DNA of 64,000 bases from Bacteroidales bacterium (GTDB lineage Bacteria > Bacteroidota > Bacteroidia > Bacteroidales > WCHB1-69): contig JAEETJ010000001.1 of NCBI GenBank assembly GCA_016290295.1, positions 18,503-82,502 of the forward strand, in the 5' to 3' direction. Made by a program: the position numbers and the translations under genes. The notes beneath the pieces are model-generated. The model was not told where the DNA came from and did not search any database. It saw nothing but the letters and a program-made list of their open reading frames with translations. Shown one piece after another: positions 25,311-36,395 of this stretch (positions are counted from its first letter, which is position 1; each line of letters starts with the position of its first letter).

Positions 25311-27107
25311 ATTGTTCTGTATCTGGACGAGTTTGGCATAGCGGCCGTTCTGGACCATCAACTCTTCATGGGTGCCCTGCTCTACTATTCGGCCCTCTTC
25401 CATCACATAGATACAATCGGCATGCTGAATAGTGGACAAACGATGGGCAATTACTATGGCTGTTCGGTTTTGCATAACCTTGTCCAAAGCCTCCTGCACC
25501 AACTTCTCCGATTCGGTATCCATGGCTGAAGTAGCCTCATCGAGCAATAAAATCGGAGCATTACGTAACACGGCGCGAGCAATGCTCAGGCGTTGTCGCT
25601 GACCACCGGAAAGACTCACTCCACGATCTCCAATATTAGTATCAAAGCCTTCCGGCAAAGAAACGATAAAATCATATATATTGGCGGTTTTTGCCGCTTC
25701 GATAATACTTTCTTGAGAAACATTTTTCAAGCCAAAAGCGATATTATTGGCCACAGTATCATTGAATAAAATGACATCCTGCGAAACCACTCCAAATTGG
25801 GAGCGCAGATGGTCTATTTTGTAATTCCGGATGTCCACACCATCAATGGCAACAAACCCCTCGCTCGGGTCATAAAAACGCGGCAAAAGGTCCATCAAAG
25901 TAGATTTGCCCGCACCAGAAGCACCCACCAATGCGATCAATGTGCCTTTGGATACTGACAGATTAATATCATGCAATATTTCCTGCTGCGCATAAGAAAA
26001 TGACAAATGCTCAATCGTAATAGCATGCTTGAATTCTTTCAAAGGAAGCGCATCTTTTTGCTCTAAAATCAACTCATCAGCACTCAGAATCTCTTTAAGT
26101 CTGTCCATTGCGGACAAACCTCTACGGTAGTTTGAAAAAGCTGTGGAGAAGTTTTTAGCCGGATTGATGATCTGTGTGAACAAGGCAATATAAGTAATGA
26201 ATAATTCTGGAGAGAGCGTGCTACCTTGACGCATCACCGACATTCCTCCGAACACCAAAATTATCATGACAAGTGTGATACCCATAAACTCGCTCAGCGG
26301 TGAGGCCAAATCCACCTTGCGATAAATTCTGCGTTGCAAAAGCGTATAATGCTTGTTGCTCCTATTAAAGGAGCTTTCGGCATGCTTAAACGCATTGAAA
26401 GCTTTAATAATACGAAGACCCGAAAGTGTCTCCTCTACATGGGACAATAAACTGCCCAAATATTCCTTTGAATACTTAGCATGTTTTCTAAGTGAGCGGG
26501 ATATCGAAGAAATAACAAAACCGGCAATAGGCAGCAACACCAACACAAACAATGACAAACGGGGGCTAATAATGAAAAGAGCCACCATGTACATCAAAAT
26601 GGTCAACGGTTCGGTTAAGAACTGCTTAAGTGCCGACAAAACCGTATATTCAATCTCATGCGTATCATTGACCGCACATGAGATAACATCCCCTTTCTTT
26701 TGGTCTGTGAAGTATGAAAGTGGCAATATCAAAATCTTATCAAAAATGGCGTTACGGATATTTCTCACCACATCACTACGAACGGGAGCCATAAACCATT
26801 GGGCCATAAATGTGAAGAAATTCTTCAGGAAGAAAAATAAAACGGCCAAGATAACCAATCCGGTCACCTGTTGGCTTGCTGCCTGGATATCTATGACCGA
26901 AGAAAGCATATTCATCATGAAAGAACCTAACACGCTTAAACGTGATAAATCCATGCCAAAGAGGATAGCGACAAAAGGCTCAATCAACATCAGAGAAAGG
27001 ATGGAAAAAGCAACGGCAAGAATATTAAAGACGAAAACCACTATCAACCTATGCCAATAAGTTGATAACAGAAAACGAAGAAAACGCCCGTTGTAAAAAT
27101 TCTCCAT
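25308..27107 (-). CDS. MsbA-like ABC exporter (TMD + NBD)
   Basis: Six-TM N-terminal half; GASGAGKST, LSGGQRQR, LLDEATSA, IAHRLST. Start taken at MENFY (27107). Confidence 0.9.
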   Translation of the reverse strand: MENFYNGRFLRFLLSTYWHRLIVVFVFNILAVAFSILSLMLIEPFVAILFGMDLSRLSVLGSFMMNMLSSVIDIQAASQQVTGLVILAVLFFFLKNFFTFMAQWFMAPVRSDVVRNIRNAIFDKILILPLSYFTDQKKGDVISCAVNDTHEIEYTVLSALKQFLTEPLTILMYMVALFIISPRLSLFVLVLLPIAGFVISSISRSLRKHAKYSKEYLGSLLSHVEETLSGLRIIKAFNAFKHAESSFNRSNKHYTLLQRRIYRKVDLASPLSEFMGITLVMIILVFGGMSVMRQGSTLSPELFITYIALFTQIINPAKNFSTAFSNYRRGLSAMDRLKEILSADELILEQKDALPLKEFKHAITIEHLSFSYAQQEILHDINLSVSKGTLIALVGASGAGKSTLMDLLPRFYDPSEGFVAIDGVDIRNYKIDHLRSQFGVVSQDVILFNDTVANNIAFGLKNVSQESIIEAAKTANIYDFIVSLPEGFDTNIGDRGVSLSGGQRQRLSIARAVLRNAPILLLDEATSAMDTESEKLVQEALDKVMQNRTAIVIAHRLSTIQHADCIYVMEEGRIVEQGTHEELMVQNGRYAKLVQIQNN

Positions 27108-27125
27108 GATCAATATTGCTTTTAC

Positions 27126-27163
27126 AAAAAAAGGAGTCACGTCGTAGGACGCAACTCCTTTTT
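27126..27163 (-). terminator. Rho-independent terminator after the large T9SS gene
   Basis: AAAAAAAGGAGTCACGTC-GTAG-GACGCAACTCCTTTTT. Confidence 0.75.
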
Positions 27164-27185
27164 AGTTATTTGCTAGTTACATTTA

Positions 27186-30100
27186 TTATCTAGCAATGAT
27201 CAGCTTCTTAGTCATCACAGCGTTGCCATTGACAACCTTGATGAAGTAGATGCCTTGTGAGTAGTTGTCAACTGGTAAGTTGATAATCTGATCGTTATCA
27301 TCAACATCAACTCTCATGTTGCTAACGGCCTTACCGCTCATATCGTGAACAGTAATCATAGTTTGACCCTTAACACCACTCAGAACAACATTTACATAGT
27401 TAGAAGCTGGGTTCGGATATACATTCATATCGATCTTTTCTACAGGAGCTTCTTCAGTTGTTGTAACAACAGCAGGTGCAACGAAATCGAAGTCTGTAGA
27501 AGAACCAACGTAAGTAGTATCAACATAGATAGTGAAGAAATCGTATGCAATAGTATCTTTTACAGCCAAACCACTGTGTGAACCGTAACCACCGATTCTC
27601 TGGAGGCCACTGTAAATAGAACCGTTCTGTGATGAGAATGGACCAGCAACGATCACTGCATAGTGGAATGTATAGATACCAGCTGAGTTAGGTTTCCAAG
27701 CACCCAAGTTAACCGTAATCTTACGTTCAGAGATGAAGTGCATCCAGAACCAGTCGTAGTCATACATAGTACCATCCATGAACTCTGACTGCGGGAAGAA
27801 GTTAGCAGCATCATTGTAGTTGGATGATTCCATAGTTTGATAAGTAATAGCAGGAGCGTTCTGAGTCAAGTCGAATGAATAGCTGGTATTGTATGAACCA
27901 ATGTAGTCATCCAAAGTGTTAGCCAATTCAGCCTTGGTCATCGGAACACCATCCTTGTAAATTTGGAAGTCAACGAACACCTTCACACCATCATCCCAAC
28001 AATTCTTCTTGATATACATTTCAAATGCAGACTGGTCACCAGAAACAGCTTCCATATAACGGATAGACTCTGTACCACCGATTGCACGGAATTCAAACTG
28101 AGGTCTATCGGTAGAAGCAATTCTGATCACATTTCTTTCAGCACTGCTTATACAATGATGACTATCTTCAACCTCAAGTTTATACAAAGTAGGAACTGGC
28201 ATACCGTTTACAATCTCACTTGTATCAGGAGTGACCACATGTGAATCTTCTACACCAGAAGCAAATGAGGCAGGTCCAAACAAAGGAGTAGTAGCAGTGT
28301 CTTTATACCATGTCAAAGTGAAATCTCCAGTAGTACCAGTTACAATAGCAGAGATATTAGCCTTTTCATCAAGACATACGGTTGAGTCATTGCTCAGTTT
28401 AATAGTATAAACGTCGAAGTATTTCAGCTCTGCAGTATCAGTATTCACACAACCGAAATCGTCAGTACCAGTCACAACATACTTAGCAGTGTCGGTAGCC
28501 ATGATGAAATCAGTGGTTTCACCAGTTGACCAAGCATAAGTAGTAGCACCAGTAGCAGTGAATTTAACAGTATCATAAATACATATTGTAGTATCTTTAG
28601 GAGTAACTTTCACTGCAGGAAGTTCATGTCTTACGATATTGATAATCGTATCATTGCTCTTACATGTAGTGAAGTCAGGATAATGTACACTAGCAGTAAT
28701 AGTCTTAGAAGCTGCATAGATAGTATCAGGCAATGTATTGTCAGTTGTCAACTCAAAACCTGTTGCAAATGTGAATTCATTTTCAGTCACGTAAACAGTG
28801 TCACCAGCACAGAATGAAGTATCACCAGTGTAAACAGGTTTATCTGGAGTTGCATAGAAAATGTAATGAATTGTACTGTCGTATGTAAACGGACAAGCAA
28901 TGCCATGAATACCAGCACCGATAGTATCCTTCAAAGTGTATGAGAATGATACTGCAGTGTCAGCAGCAGGAGTTGCTGTGAAATGACCAGTTGCATCAGT
29001 TGAAGTAACACCCTCCCATACGAAAGTTTCTTTAGCAGTATAGGTAACACTTGGAGTGATTGTAAAGTCTAAGTCTACGTCAATGGTAGTACCCTCACAA
29101 ACCTTTGTAGTGTCAATCCAGTTAGCATGAGGAGTTACAGTAGCTGTAGGAGTGGGAACTTCAATGATTTCGAATGGGAAGTCTTTTGAACACTTAGGAG
29201 TAACAACTGAAGCTTTGTCATAGATAGTCAGCGTGTAATTACCTGCTGTGTCAGGAGCTGTGAGCAAAGGAGTTGTACCCTTGAAGTAAACAAGACTGTC
29301 ATTGGCGTTTTCAGCTGTACCAAAGTCATAAAGAGGTTTAGTACCTTCGCAATAATAAATCTTATCACCATAATCTGCAAAGTTTGCAGGAGCCTTGATT
29401 TCACGGTTTCTAGTAACAGTGAAGATCAAAGTATCACTCGGGCAATAAGGAGCCAAGTCGTTATTGGCAACAACTTTGTAAATACCTGCAGTATCAATTG
29501 TTGTATAACCAACAATATGAACTGTTGCACCTGTTGAAGTGATAAAGTCACTTGTTGTAATAGTATCGAATGTTGCGTCATAACAGTAAGCAGCATTAGC
29601 ACTATCGATATACATTGAATAAGTAGGATTCAACTTAGGCATGTCAGGTGCAGGCTGGAAGTGGATGCTGAAGCTAGTATCGTTGCTTGCACAAGAAGCT
29701 GAATATGAAGTTGCAGGACCACTTGCTGCGTTAATAGTCATATGAGCATATACAATTGTATCAACATTAGCAATAAAGGTATAATCAACTGTATCAGTAT
29801 TGATAGTTCTTGTATGTGTAGCGTATGGATTAGTAGTATTGTTCCACCATGTGTACACTCTTTCAAAAGTACCATCATAAGTATTAGGAGTAACGTTAGC
29901 AATAACTTTACCAATCAAAGTATCGCTACAATCATCTGCCAAATTAGAAGTCAAAACAATCTCCGGAGTAGGAACTTCAACGATATCAAAATAGAATGTG
30001 TTTGTACAATGAGTCAATGTGTCTGTGAGTACAAATACAACATTGTCTGCAGCAGTATCGGGAGCGGTAGCACTTCCATTATAAGTAGCTATAGTATTAA

Positions 30101-33100
30101 TCGGTAAATTGAAATCGTAAACAGGATGACTACCTTGGCAATAGAAGATTGTGGAATCACCAGTGGTTACGAATGCATTCGGGAAGTTATCCGGAACTGC
30201 TGGCAGAGCATTAATCTTGAATGTGTATACGAATGTAGTATCCCAATAACACTTAGTATTAGTGTAAATAGCAGTATCAGAAACATGAATTGTATATGTA
30301 TAGGTACCAGGAATAGTATCACTTAAGATAAAAGTATTAGTGGTATCCATACCATTTACACTGTAAACATATTTCAATGAAGCTGATGGAGCAGGATTAA
30401 CAACAATGTGCAAAGTATCACCTGCAGAAGGATCGTAGCATCTTACATGAGCAGTATCAGCAGTTGTTTCACTGTTGTATCTTACCTCGCAAGCAAAAAC
30501 AGGAGCACCTGCAACATCAACTCTAAGGTTTGTCGTATCTGAATAACAAGATACACCATTTTCGGTATTAGTATAGAATGCGGCATAATCACCTGTTACT
30601 TTCTCTGTTTCAGGGTCAAGACCACCCAACCATGAGAATGTACCAATTGTAGGAGACAATTGACTCTTACCAATTATTGATACATTATTATCGCAGAAGT
30701 ATTGAGTATCCGGAACAAATACAGGAGCACCTGGAATTTCTATTACATTGATATCAATTGTGTCACGAGAAATACAACCATTATTGTCAGTAACTGTCAC
30801 ATGAACACTATAGTCAGTTTTACCAACATTCATGTTCAATTCACTTGGAGTAGCTTTAGTTTCATCCTTAACAGTGACACCTGTTGTATCCCATACATAA
30901 TGGTAATCAGGAGCTGAAGTAGCTGTAACAGCAATAGAAGTGATAGCGTCTTGGCAATAGTCAAGTTTTCCTGAAACAGTCAGTTCTGGCAACGGCCATA
31001 CGCTCATAGTCTTACCGAAGGTATTGTGACATCCATGGTTATCGTAAGCAACGAGTGAAATATAGTTGCTGGATACAGAAGGAATTACGATAGCAGTATC
31101 ATATACACCAGGAGCCTTGTACTGAACATGGTTACCATTATACCATAAGTAGGTAACAATAGTATCTTCAGTCGGTTCTTGAGGATAATAAATACTGTAA
31201 ACAGTAATGGTATCGTATGCACAAACAGTATAATCAGGAGTAGTAACCAAATTGATGTTCACACTATTTACACGTACAGTATCACGGCGAGTGCTTGTAC
31301 AGTGGGTAATTGTATCTTCGAAATTAGCAATGAAGATATGTTTACCAGCGGGGAAACCACCTAATACGAAGCTCTCTGTGTACTTCATCATATCAGCCAA
31401 AGAATCTGCAGAACCAATATAGCCCCATTCTCTGAAGACTACATTTGTGTCTGAATAGGTAAGACCAAATGTGGTAGTAGAGTCAAGATAGCATATCAAA
31501 TTAGGACCTACGAAGGAAGCGGTGGGCAGAATCTGATTTGTAGGAACAGTTATCGTATCAGTAACGATACAACCCGTAACTGTATCTTCAATAATCACAG
31601 TATATTTACCATGGATAAGTTCAGTGAATACAGTATCAGTCTGGAATGCTGTAGTATCGTTTGAGGGAGATACTATACAATAATGATATTCACCGTCAGC
31701 CGGAGTAACAGAAGTGATAGTAATTGAACCACCATAAGGAGCCTGGCAGTGAGTGTTAGTGTCAGCTTCCAGAGTCATAACGATATCAACTCTAGCATCT
31801 CTAATAGAATCGGTATTTACAGGATTATTCTTGCAACCATTACCATCTTCTACAACTAAATGATATTCACCAACAGGCAGTGCCAAGAATGCTGAGTCAG
31901 GATAAGCCTGCCAAGTCAAGCCACTGTCAATGCTGTAGTTCACATACTGAGGAGTAGTGAAGATGATTTCACCATTGTGACCTACGCAGTAGTTGTCGTC
32001 CTGAATAGTGTAGTTAACATTCAATACGATAACAGGCAGAGTGTCAACTGTAACAAGGATAGTATCCATACCGATACAACCGTGAGCATCTGTAACTGTC
32101 AAAGTATCGATATATTGACCAGCAACAGTATGGTTGAAACGAACGCTATCTTCATTCAACGGTGCTTGTAAACCAGTACCAGTCCATGCGTAAATAACAG
32201 GAGCATATAAAGGAGTAACTGTTGAACGAATCATCATGTCTGATCCAGCGCAAACTTCAGCGTTATTGTCAGCACTCAAAACAACGGTTGGAATAGTGTC
32301 AACAGTAACTGTAATCTTCAACCAATTTGAATCTGGAGTTTCGCAACCATATTCATTCAAAGAAGAAACGAAAACGCTATCTGTATAATCGAAATGAATA
32401 GTACAAATTAAAGTATCTTCTGCGATAACAGTGGTTTTATCAGATTTATACCATCTTGCGGTAGTACCATTAGTGCCGGCAGCAACTTCACGAGTCACAT
32501 CGCCAGGACCGCAGATAGAGGTGTCACCACGAACTGCAGTAGGAGCACCGATTTCAGGATAAGCCAAAATATTGATAGTGTCATGAGCAGCACAAGATAC
32601 TGAATCATGAGCTTCTGTTACATCAACTCTGAAAGTGAAAGTAGTTTCAGTAGTAACATTATTTGTATATATATAAGTAGTATCGGTTGCACCTGAGATA
32701 GCAGTACCGTTTTGTTTCCACTGATAAGTAGTGAGGTTGGTGGGTTCTGCTTTCAAGGTTGCGCTTTCAGCGAAGCACAAGGTGTCATTGTCTGCAGTAA
32801 CTGTCACAACCGGGTTAGCGAAGATTCTAACGATAACTGAATCGTAACCGTCGCTGACACACTGGTTAACAGTGGTCGTATCCTGAAGTCTCAGATAATA
32901 AACCAAAGTATCAGGAGTTGCAGTTGAAGGAATGTAAGTGGTATCCATCACATCGTCAGGTGTCAAGCCCCAAAGTACCAGTTGTCCAATAGGAGCGGGA
33001 TAGCTCAATGCTACTGCTGAGTCACCAACGCAATATTCAATAATACGTTTTGCCACATCAGGATCAGCCGGGATAGGAGTAATTTTAACTCCGAAAGTAT

Positions 33101-34232
33101 CCACTTCACTTTCGCAGCCCGTTACATTGTCATGACGTTTTACATAATAATATAATGTTGTATCAGGACCTGAGAAGAGAACATCTGTTTCTGGAATCAG
33201 GTATTCAGATTCAGCAAAAGTGCTGCCATCGGTTGACCAATAAGCAACGATAGAGTCAACATGGTCAGCCAGAGCGGGATTTGGTTCAGCGAACAGTCTG
33301 AGCGTGTCAGGAGTACCAAATCTCTGGCAATAAGTAATATTGGAATCTGACAAAGTAGGAGTAGTAGGATGTACGTAATGAGTATAGTTGTAATTTACAA
33401 TACTGTCGATTCTGTAACCGCATGAAGTATCAACGTAAGCGATTTTATAATCACCGGTAGTGTCCATAGTATAAGGAGGCATACCTACAGTCACAGGTTC
33501 GCAATCCTTGATAGTGTCATTTCTTTCAATAATAGGATCGGTTGACAGAGTGTCAGAAGCGAGCACTCTAGCAGGATGAGACTGGTGACCACCGATTTGG
33601 TAGTATTCACTTTCAGCAACATGAGAATTCCAATATAAAGAATTGTCTGTACCATGGATACGTTCTCTGATATGAACAATCAACTGAACATCACGGAAAA
33701 TCTGATTCCAGGTAACAACGATTCTTGAACGAGTATTGGTAAGAAATCTGAAGTAGAAGTAGTCATAAGCAATATTACTAATATTGTATGTACCACTGAA
33801 AATCGGAATAGCACCCGGATACTCATATACGAAAGAATAATTTTCCTGGAGCATAGGAGTACCTACCCAATGCAATTCTTCGTAGAACGTTTGGAGCGTA
33901 ATATTGCAGTAACGGCTCAGATCGTGCTGTCCGTCCAGAATATTTTCTCCATCGCACCACAACTCGAGTTCAACAGAGACTTTCGCGCCTTCATCAATAC
34001 CCAAGCAGTTGGCATCTGAGAAAATCATGTCATAGACATCAGTGTGACCAAATACCAATGGACTCATGGAATGAGACAGAGGCAGATCACCACCCGGCAG
34101 ATTCGCAATGCCGTGGAGAGTGTCAGCAGCGGGATTTGACAACTGGAAACAGCAGTCAACCTGCGCTTGCGCTTGCATGCCAAACATCATTAAAAAGATG
34201 CTTAAGAAGCAAATCGATAATAGTTTTTTCAT
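27186..34232 (-). CDS. 2348-aa T9SS type-A secreted surface protein with many Ig-like repeats
   Basis: Signal peptide (AQA-Q); Cys-containing Ig-like repeats; C-terminal VYPNPASNYVNV..HDMSGK..GIYFIKV..TKKLIIAR. Confidence 0.88.
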   Translation of the reverse strand: MKKLLSICFLSIFLMMFGMQAQAQVDCCFQLSNPAADTLHGIANLPGGDLPLSHSMSPLVFGHTDVYDMIFSDANCLGIDEGAKVSVELELWCDGENILDGQHDLSRYCNITLQTFYEELHWVGTPMLQENYSFVYEYPGAIPIFSGTYNISNIAYDYFYFRFLTNTRSRIVVTWNQIFRDVQLIVHIRERIHGTDNSLYWNSHVAESEYYQIGGHQSHPARVLASDTLSTDPIIERNDTIKDCEPVTVGMPPYTMDTTGDYKIAYVDTSCGYRIDSIVNYNYTHYVHPTTPTLSDSNITYCQRFGTPDTLRLFAEPNPALADHVDSIVAYWSTDGSTFAESEYLIPETDVLFSGPDTTLYYYVKRHDNVTGCESEVDTFGVKITPIPADPDVAKRIIEYCVGDSAVALSYPAPIGQLVLWGLTPDDVMDTTYIPSTATPDTLVYYLRLQDTTTVNQCVSDGYDSVIVRIFANPVVTVTADNDTLCFAESATLKAEPTNLTTYQWKQNGTAISGATDTTYIYTNNVTTETTFTFRVDVTEAHDSVSCAAHDTINILAYPEIGAPTAVRGDTSICGPGDVTREVAAGTNGTTARWYKSDKTTVIAEDTLICTIHFDYTDSVFVSSLNEYGCETPDSNWLKITVTVDTIPTVVLSADNNAEVCAGSDMMIRSTVTPLYAPVIYAWTGTGLQAPLNEDSVRFNHTVAGQYIDTLTVTDAHGCIGMDTILVTVDTLPVIVLNVNYTIQDDNYCVGHNGEIIFTTPQYVNYSIDSGLTWQAYPDSAFLALPVGEYHLVVEDGNGCKNNPVNTDSIRDARVDIVMTLEADTNTHCQAPYGGSITITSVTPADGEYHYCIVSPSNDTTAFQTDTVFTELIHGKYTVIIEDTVTGCIVTDTITVPTNQILPTASFVGPNLICYLDSTTTFGLTYSDTNVVFREWGYIGSADSLADMMKYTESFVLGGFPAGKHIFIANFEDTITHCTSTRRDTVRVNSVNINLVTTPDYTVCAYDTITVYSIYYPQEPTEDTIVTYLWYNGNHVQYKAPGVYDTAIVIPSVSSNYISLVAYDNHGCHNTFGKTMSVWPLPELTVSGKLDYCQDAITSIAVTATSAPDYHYVWDTTGVTVKDETKATPSELNMNVGKTDYSVHVTVTDNNGCISRDTIDINVIEIPGAPVFVPDTQYFCDNNVSIIGKSQLSPTIGTFSWLGGLDPETEKVTGDYAAFYTNTENGVSCYSDTTNLRVDVAGAPVFACEVRYNSETTADTAHVRCYDPSAGDTLHIVVNPAPSASLKYVYSVNGMDTTNTFILSDTIPGTYTYTIHVSDTAIYTNTKCYWDTTFVYTFKINALPAVPDNFPNAFVTTGDSTIFYCQGSHPVYDFNLPINTIATYNGSATAPDTAADNVVFVLTDTLTHCTNTFYFDIVEVPTPEIVLTSNLADDCSDTLIGKVIANVTPNTYDGTFERVYTWWNNTTNPYATHTRTINTDTVDYTFIANVDTIVYAHMTINAASGPATSYSASCASNDTSFSIHFQPAPDMPKLNPTYSMYIDSANAAYCYDATFDTITTSDFITSTGATVHIVGYTTIDTAGIYKVVANNDLAPYCPSDTLIFTVTRNREIKAPANFADYGDKIYYCEGTKPLYDFGTAENANDSLVYFKGTTPLLTAPDTAGNYTLTIYDKASVVTPKCSKDFPFEIIEVPTPTATVTPHANWIDTTKVCEGTTIDVDLDFTITPSVTYTAKETFVWEGVTSTDATGHFTATPAADTAVSFSYTLKDTIGAGIHGIACPFTYDSTIHYIFYATPDKPVYTGDTSFCAGDTVYVTENEFTFATGFELTTDNTLPDTIYAASKTITASVHYPDFTTCKSNDTIINIVRHELPAVKVTPKDTTICIYDTVKFTATGATTYAWSTGETTDFIMATDTAKYVVTGTDDFGCVNTDTAELKYFDVYTIKLSNDSTVCLDEKANISAIVTGTTGDFTLTWYKDTATTPLFGPASFASGVEDSHVVTPDTSEIVNGMPVPTLYKLEVEDSHHCISSAERNVIRIASTDRPQFEFRAIGGTESIRYMEAVSGDQSAFEMYIKKNCWDDGVKVFVDFQIYKDGVPMTKAELANTLDDYIGSYNTSYSFDLTQNAPAITYQTMESSNYNDAANFFPQSEFMDGTMYDYDWFWMHFISERKITVNLGAWKPNSAGIYTFHYAVIVAGPFSSQNGSIYSGLQRIGGYGSHSGLAVKDTIAYDFFTIYVDTTYVGSSTDFDFVAPAVVTTTEEAPVEKIDMNVYPNPASNYVNVVLSGVKGQTMITVHDMSGKAVSNMRVDVDDNDQIINLPVDNYSQGIYFIKVVNGNAVMTKKLIIAR

Positions 34233-34419
34233 AAGTTTTTGAATTTAATTGTTATTGATTTTTTCTTTCTTTTTTCCTCTATTTTATTGGTTTTTTTATA
34301 GTTATATATAATTCGTGAGATTGCAGTACACTACAATTTCAACATGCAAAAATACATATTTTTTTTATACGAAACGCAAAAAAAAACTTTTTTCTCGTTT
34401 TTTTTAAAAAAATTTTTTT

Positions 34420-35100
34420 CTATTCTTCTTTCAGGAGGTCTGGACGGCGTTCGGAAGTTCTCTTTAATTGTTGTTCCATTCGCCACTCATCAATATTCTT
34501 TTGATGGCCTGAAAGTAGTATGTCAGGAACTCTATGTCCTTGATAGTCAGCAGGGCGTGTATAAACCGGAGCTGAAAGCAGCCCATCCTGGAAGGAATCT
34601 AACAGCGCGGAAGTCTCGTCATGCAGCACACCGGGGATAATTCGGGCCACCGCGTCCACAATAGCCATGGCCGCAATCTCACCTCCCGACAACACATAAT
34701 CGCCTATGCTGACTTCCTCATCAATGAATAATTCCCTTACCCGTTCATCAACACCTTTGTAATGACCACATAATATCATAATATTATCCATTAGAGAAAG
34801 TCGGTTGGCATAGTTCTGGTCAAAAGTCTTGCCGTCGGGGGCCATGAACAACACTAGGTCGTATTTCCTTTCTGCTTTCAGTTTCTCGATACAGCGAGCG
34901 ATAGGTTCCACCATCATCACCATACCTGCCCCACCCCCGAAGGGATAGTCATCCACACGGCGGTGTTTATCGGTGCTATAATCCCGTATATCATGTGTGT
35001 GCAGCTCCAAATAGCCACCTTTGACCGCCCTGCTGATAATGGAGCAGCCAAAGACACCAGTAAACATTTCGGGGAACAAAGTCAGTATGTCTATTCTCAT
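34420..35100 (-). CDS. trmD: tRNA (guanine37-N1)-methyltransferase
   Basis: [35 protein letters not shown] and [11 protein letters not shown] motifs. Confidence 0.97.
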   Translation of the reverse strand: MRIDILTLFPEMFTGVFGCSIISRAVKGGYLELHTHDIRDYSTDKHRRVDDYPFGGGAGMVMMVEPIARCIEKLKAERKYDLVLFMAPDGKTFDQNYANRLSLMDNIMILCGHYKGVDERVRELFIDEEVSIGDYVLSGGEIAAMAIVDAVARIIPGVLHDETSALLDSFQDGLLSAPVYTRPADYQGHRVPDILLSGHQKNIDEWRMEQQLKRTSERRPDLLKEE

Positions 35101-35219
35101 AATTCAAAGTTCAAAATCCAAAATCCATCATCCGTCATCCTGTAATCTTCCATCCTTTCTAACCTTTCTAATCCTTAATTCCTAATCCCTGCTACCTGCT
35201 ACCTACTACCTGCTACCTG
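35101..35219. repeat. Heptamer repeats (AATTCAA/AATCCAA; CTAATCC; CTGCTAC) between the O-methyltransferase gene and trmD
   Basis: Repeat blocks abut the upstream stop and downstream start codons. Confidence 0.75.
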
Positions 35220-35861
35220 TCAGCACATCACCATCATAATCCCATCCCGCAGGGGCAGCAGCACATTACTCACTCGCTCATCTTGTTGCACAAAGTCATT
35301 AAAATCCATAATGGCCTGGGTATCCAAGTCCAGATGCCCACCCTGCTCTACCACTTTGCCACTCCAAAGCATATTGTCAATCAGCATAACACCGCCTTTT
35401 CTCATACGAGGCAACAACATCTCATAAAATTCGCGATTACTGCGCTTCTCCGCATCAATAAAAACCAAGTCCCATTGACAGTCAAAAGTCGGTATCAACT
35501 GTCGTGCATCGCCGATATGGAGTCGTATTTTCTCCTTATATTGTGACATTCCTATATATCTACTAATAATCTCTTCCATTTCCTCATCCACTTCTATCGT
35601 ATCCAAATGTCCATCAGGAGCCAGTCCCTCAGCCAGACACAATGCCGAATAACCAGTATAAGTTCCTATTTCCAATACATGTTTAGGTTGCATCATTCGG
35701 GAAACCATGGACAAAAAGCGCCCTTGCAGATGTCCGGAGATCATCCTTGGCTTCACTGCCTTCAGATGAGTTTCTCTATACAAGCGGTATAGGAGTTCCC
35801 CTTCTTCTGTGGTATGGGCTTCGCAGTATTCTTCAATCAAGGGAGTGGTGAGGGTTTCCAT
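35220..35861 (-). CDS. SAM-dependent O-methyltransferase (caffeoyl-CoA OMT family)
   Basis: VLEIGTYTGYSA, DLVFIDAEK, DNMLWSG and LPLRDG motifs. Confidence 0.9.
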   Translation of the reverse strand: METLTTPLIEEYCEAHTTEEGELLYRLYRETHLKAVKPRMISGHLQGRFLSMVSRMMQPKHVLEIGTYTGYSALCLAEGLAPDGHLDTIEVDEEMEEIISRYIGMSQYKEKIRLHIGDARQLIPTFDCQWDLVFIDAEKRSNREFYEMLLPRMRKGGVMLIDNMLWSGKVVEQGGHLDLDTQAIMDFNDFVQQDERVSNVLLPLRDGIMMVMC

Positions 35862-35938
35862 TTCAGGTTACAGGTTACAGTGATTAGGGGATAGGGGTTA
35901 GAAAGGTTATTATCAATTGTCAACTGTCAATTGTCAAT
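35862..35938. repeat. Heptamer repeats (CAGGTTA; TTAGGGG; TGTCAAT) filling the xseB-OMT gap
   Basis: The xseB TGA stop lies inside the TTGACAA repeat, and the OMT ATG follows (CTGTAAC)n directly. Confidence 0.78.
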
Positions 35939-36134
35939 TCTCTTCTTCTTTCATGATTTTTGCTATTTCCGCTTCAGTTTTTGTGAGTTTATCCTTGCAG
36001 AGTTTGATAAGCATCGTGCAGCGTTTGATTTTATCTGACAATTCATCGACAGAGATATCCGCATTTTCCATTTCCTGGACAATCTGCTGGAGTTCGTCGA
36101 AAGCTTCGGTATAGGTGATAGTTTCTTTGGCCAT
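35934..36134 (-). CDS. xseB: Exodeoxyribonuclease VII small subunit
   Basis: TYTEAFDELQQIVQEMEN..SVDELSDKIKR..C..KL. TATCTTTG promoter box at 36151-36158. Confidence 0.9.
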   Translation of the reverse strand: MAKETITYTEAFDELQQIVQEMENADISVDELSDKIKRCTMLIKLCKDKLTKTEAEIAKIMKEEEN

Positions 36135-36164
36135 GGTAAAAAAATTTCTGCAAAGATACGATTT

Positions 36165-36334
36165 AATTGGCAAATTAGCAAATTAGTTAAAGAGGCAATT
36201 AAAATAAAAACTAAGAACTAAGAATTAAGAATTAAGAGTTAAGAATGTTGAATTGCTGATGTGTTGAAGTGGTTTTAGTTCTTAATTCTTAGTTCTTAAT
36301 TCAAATCAACAATTAAACAGTTAAAAGATTAAAC
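36165..36334. repeat. Octamer/heptamer repeats with inverted arms
   Basis: (AATTAGCA)n, (CTAAGAA/TTAAGAA)n ... (TTCTTAA/TTCTTAG)n, (AATTAAAC)n. Confidence 0.75.
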
Positions 36335-36368
36335 AAAAAAAGACCCCAACCTGCTGGTCAGAGTCTTT
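36335..36368 (-). terminator. Rho-independent terminator after rpsE
   Basis: Minus strand reads AAAGACTCTGACC-AGCA-GGTTGGGGTCTTTTTTT. Confidence 0.75.
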
Positions 36369-36395
36369 CCTATAAAAAGGCTATTTTTGGGGGAT

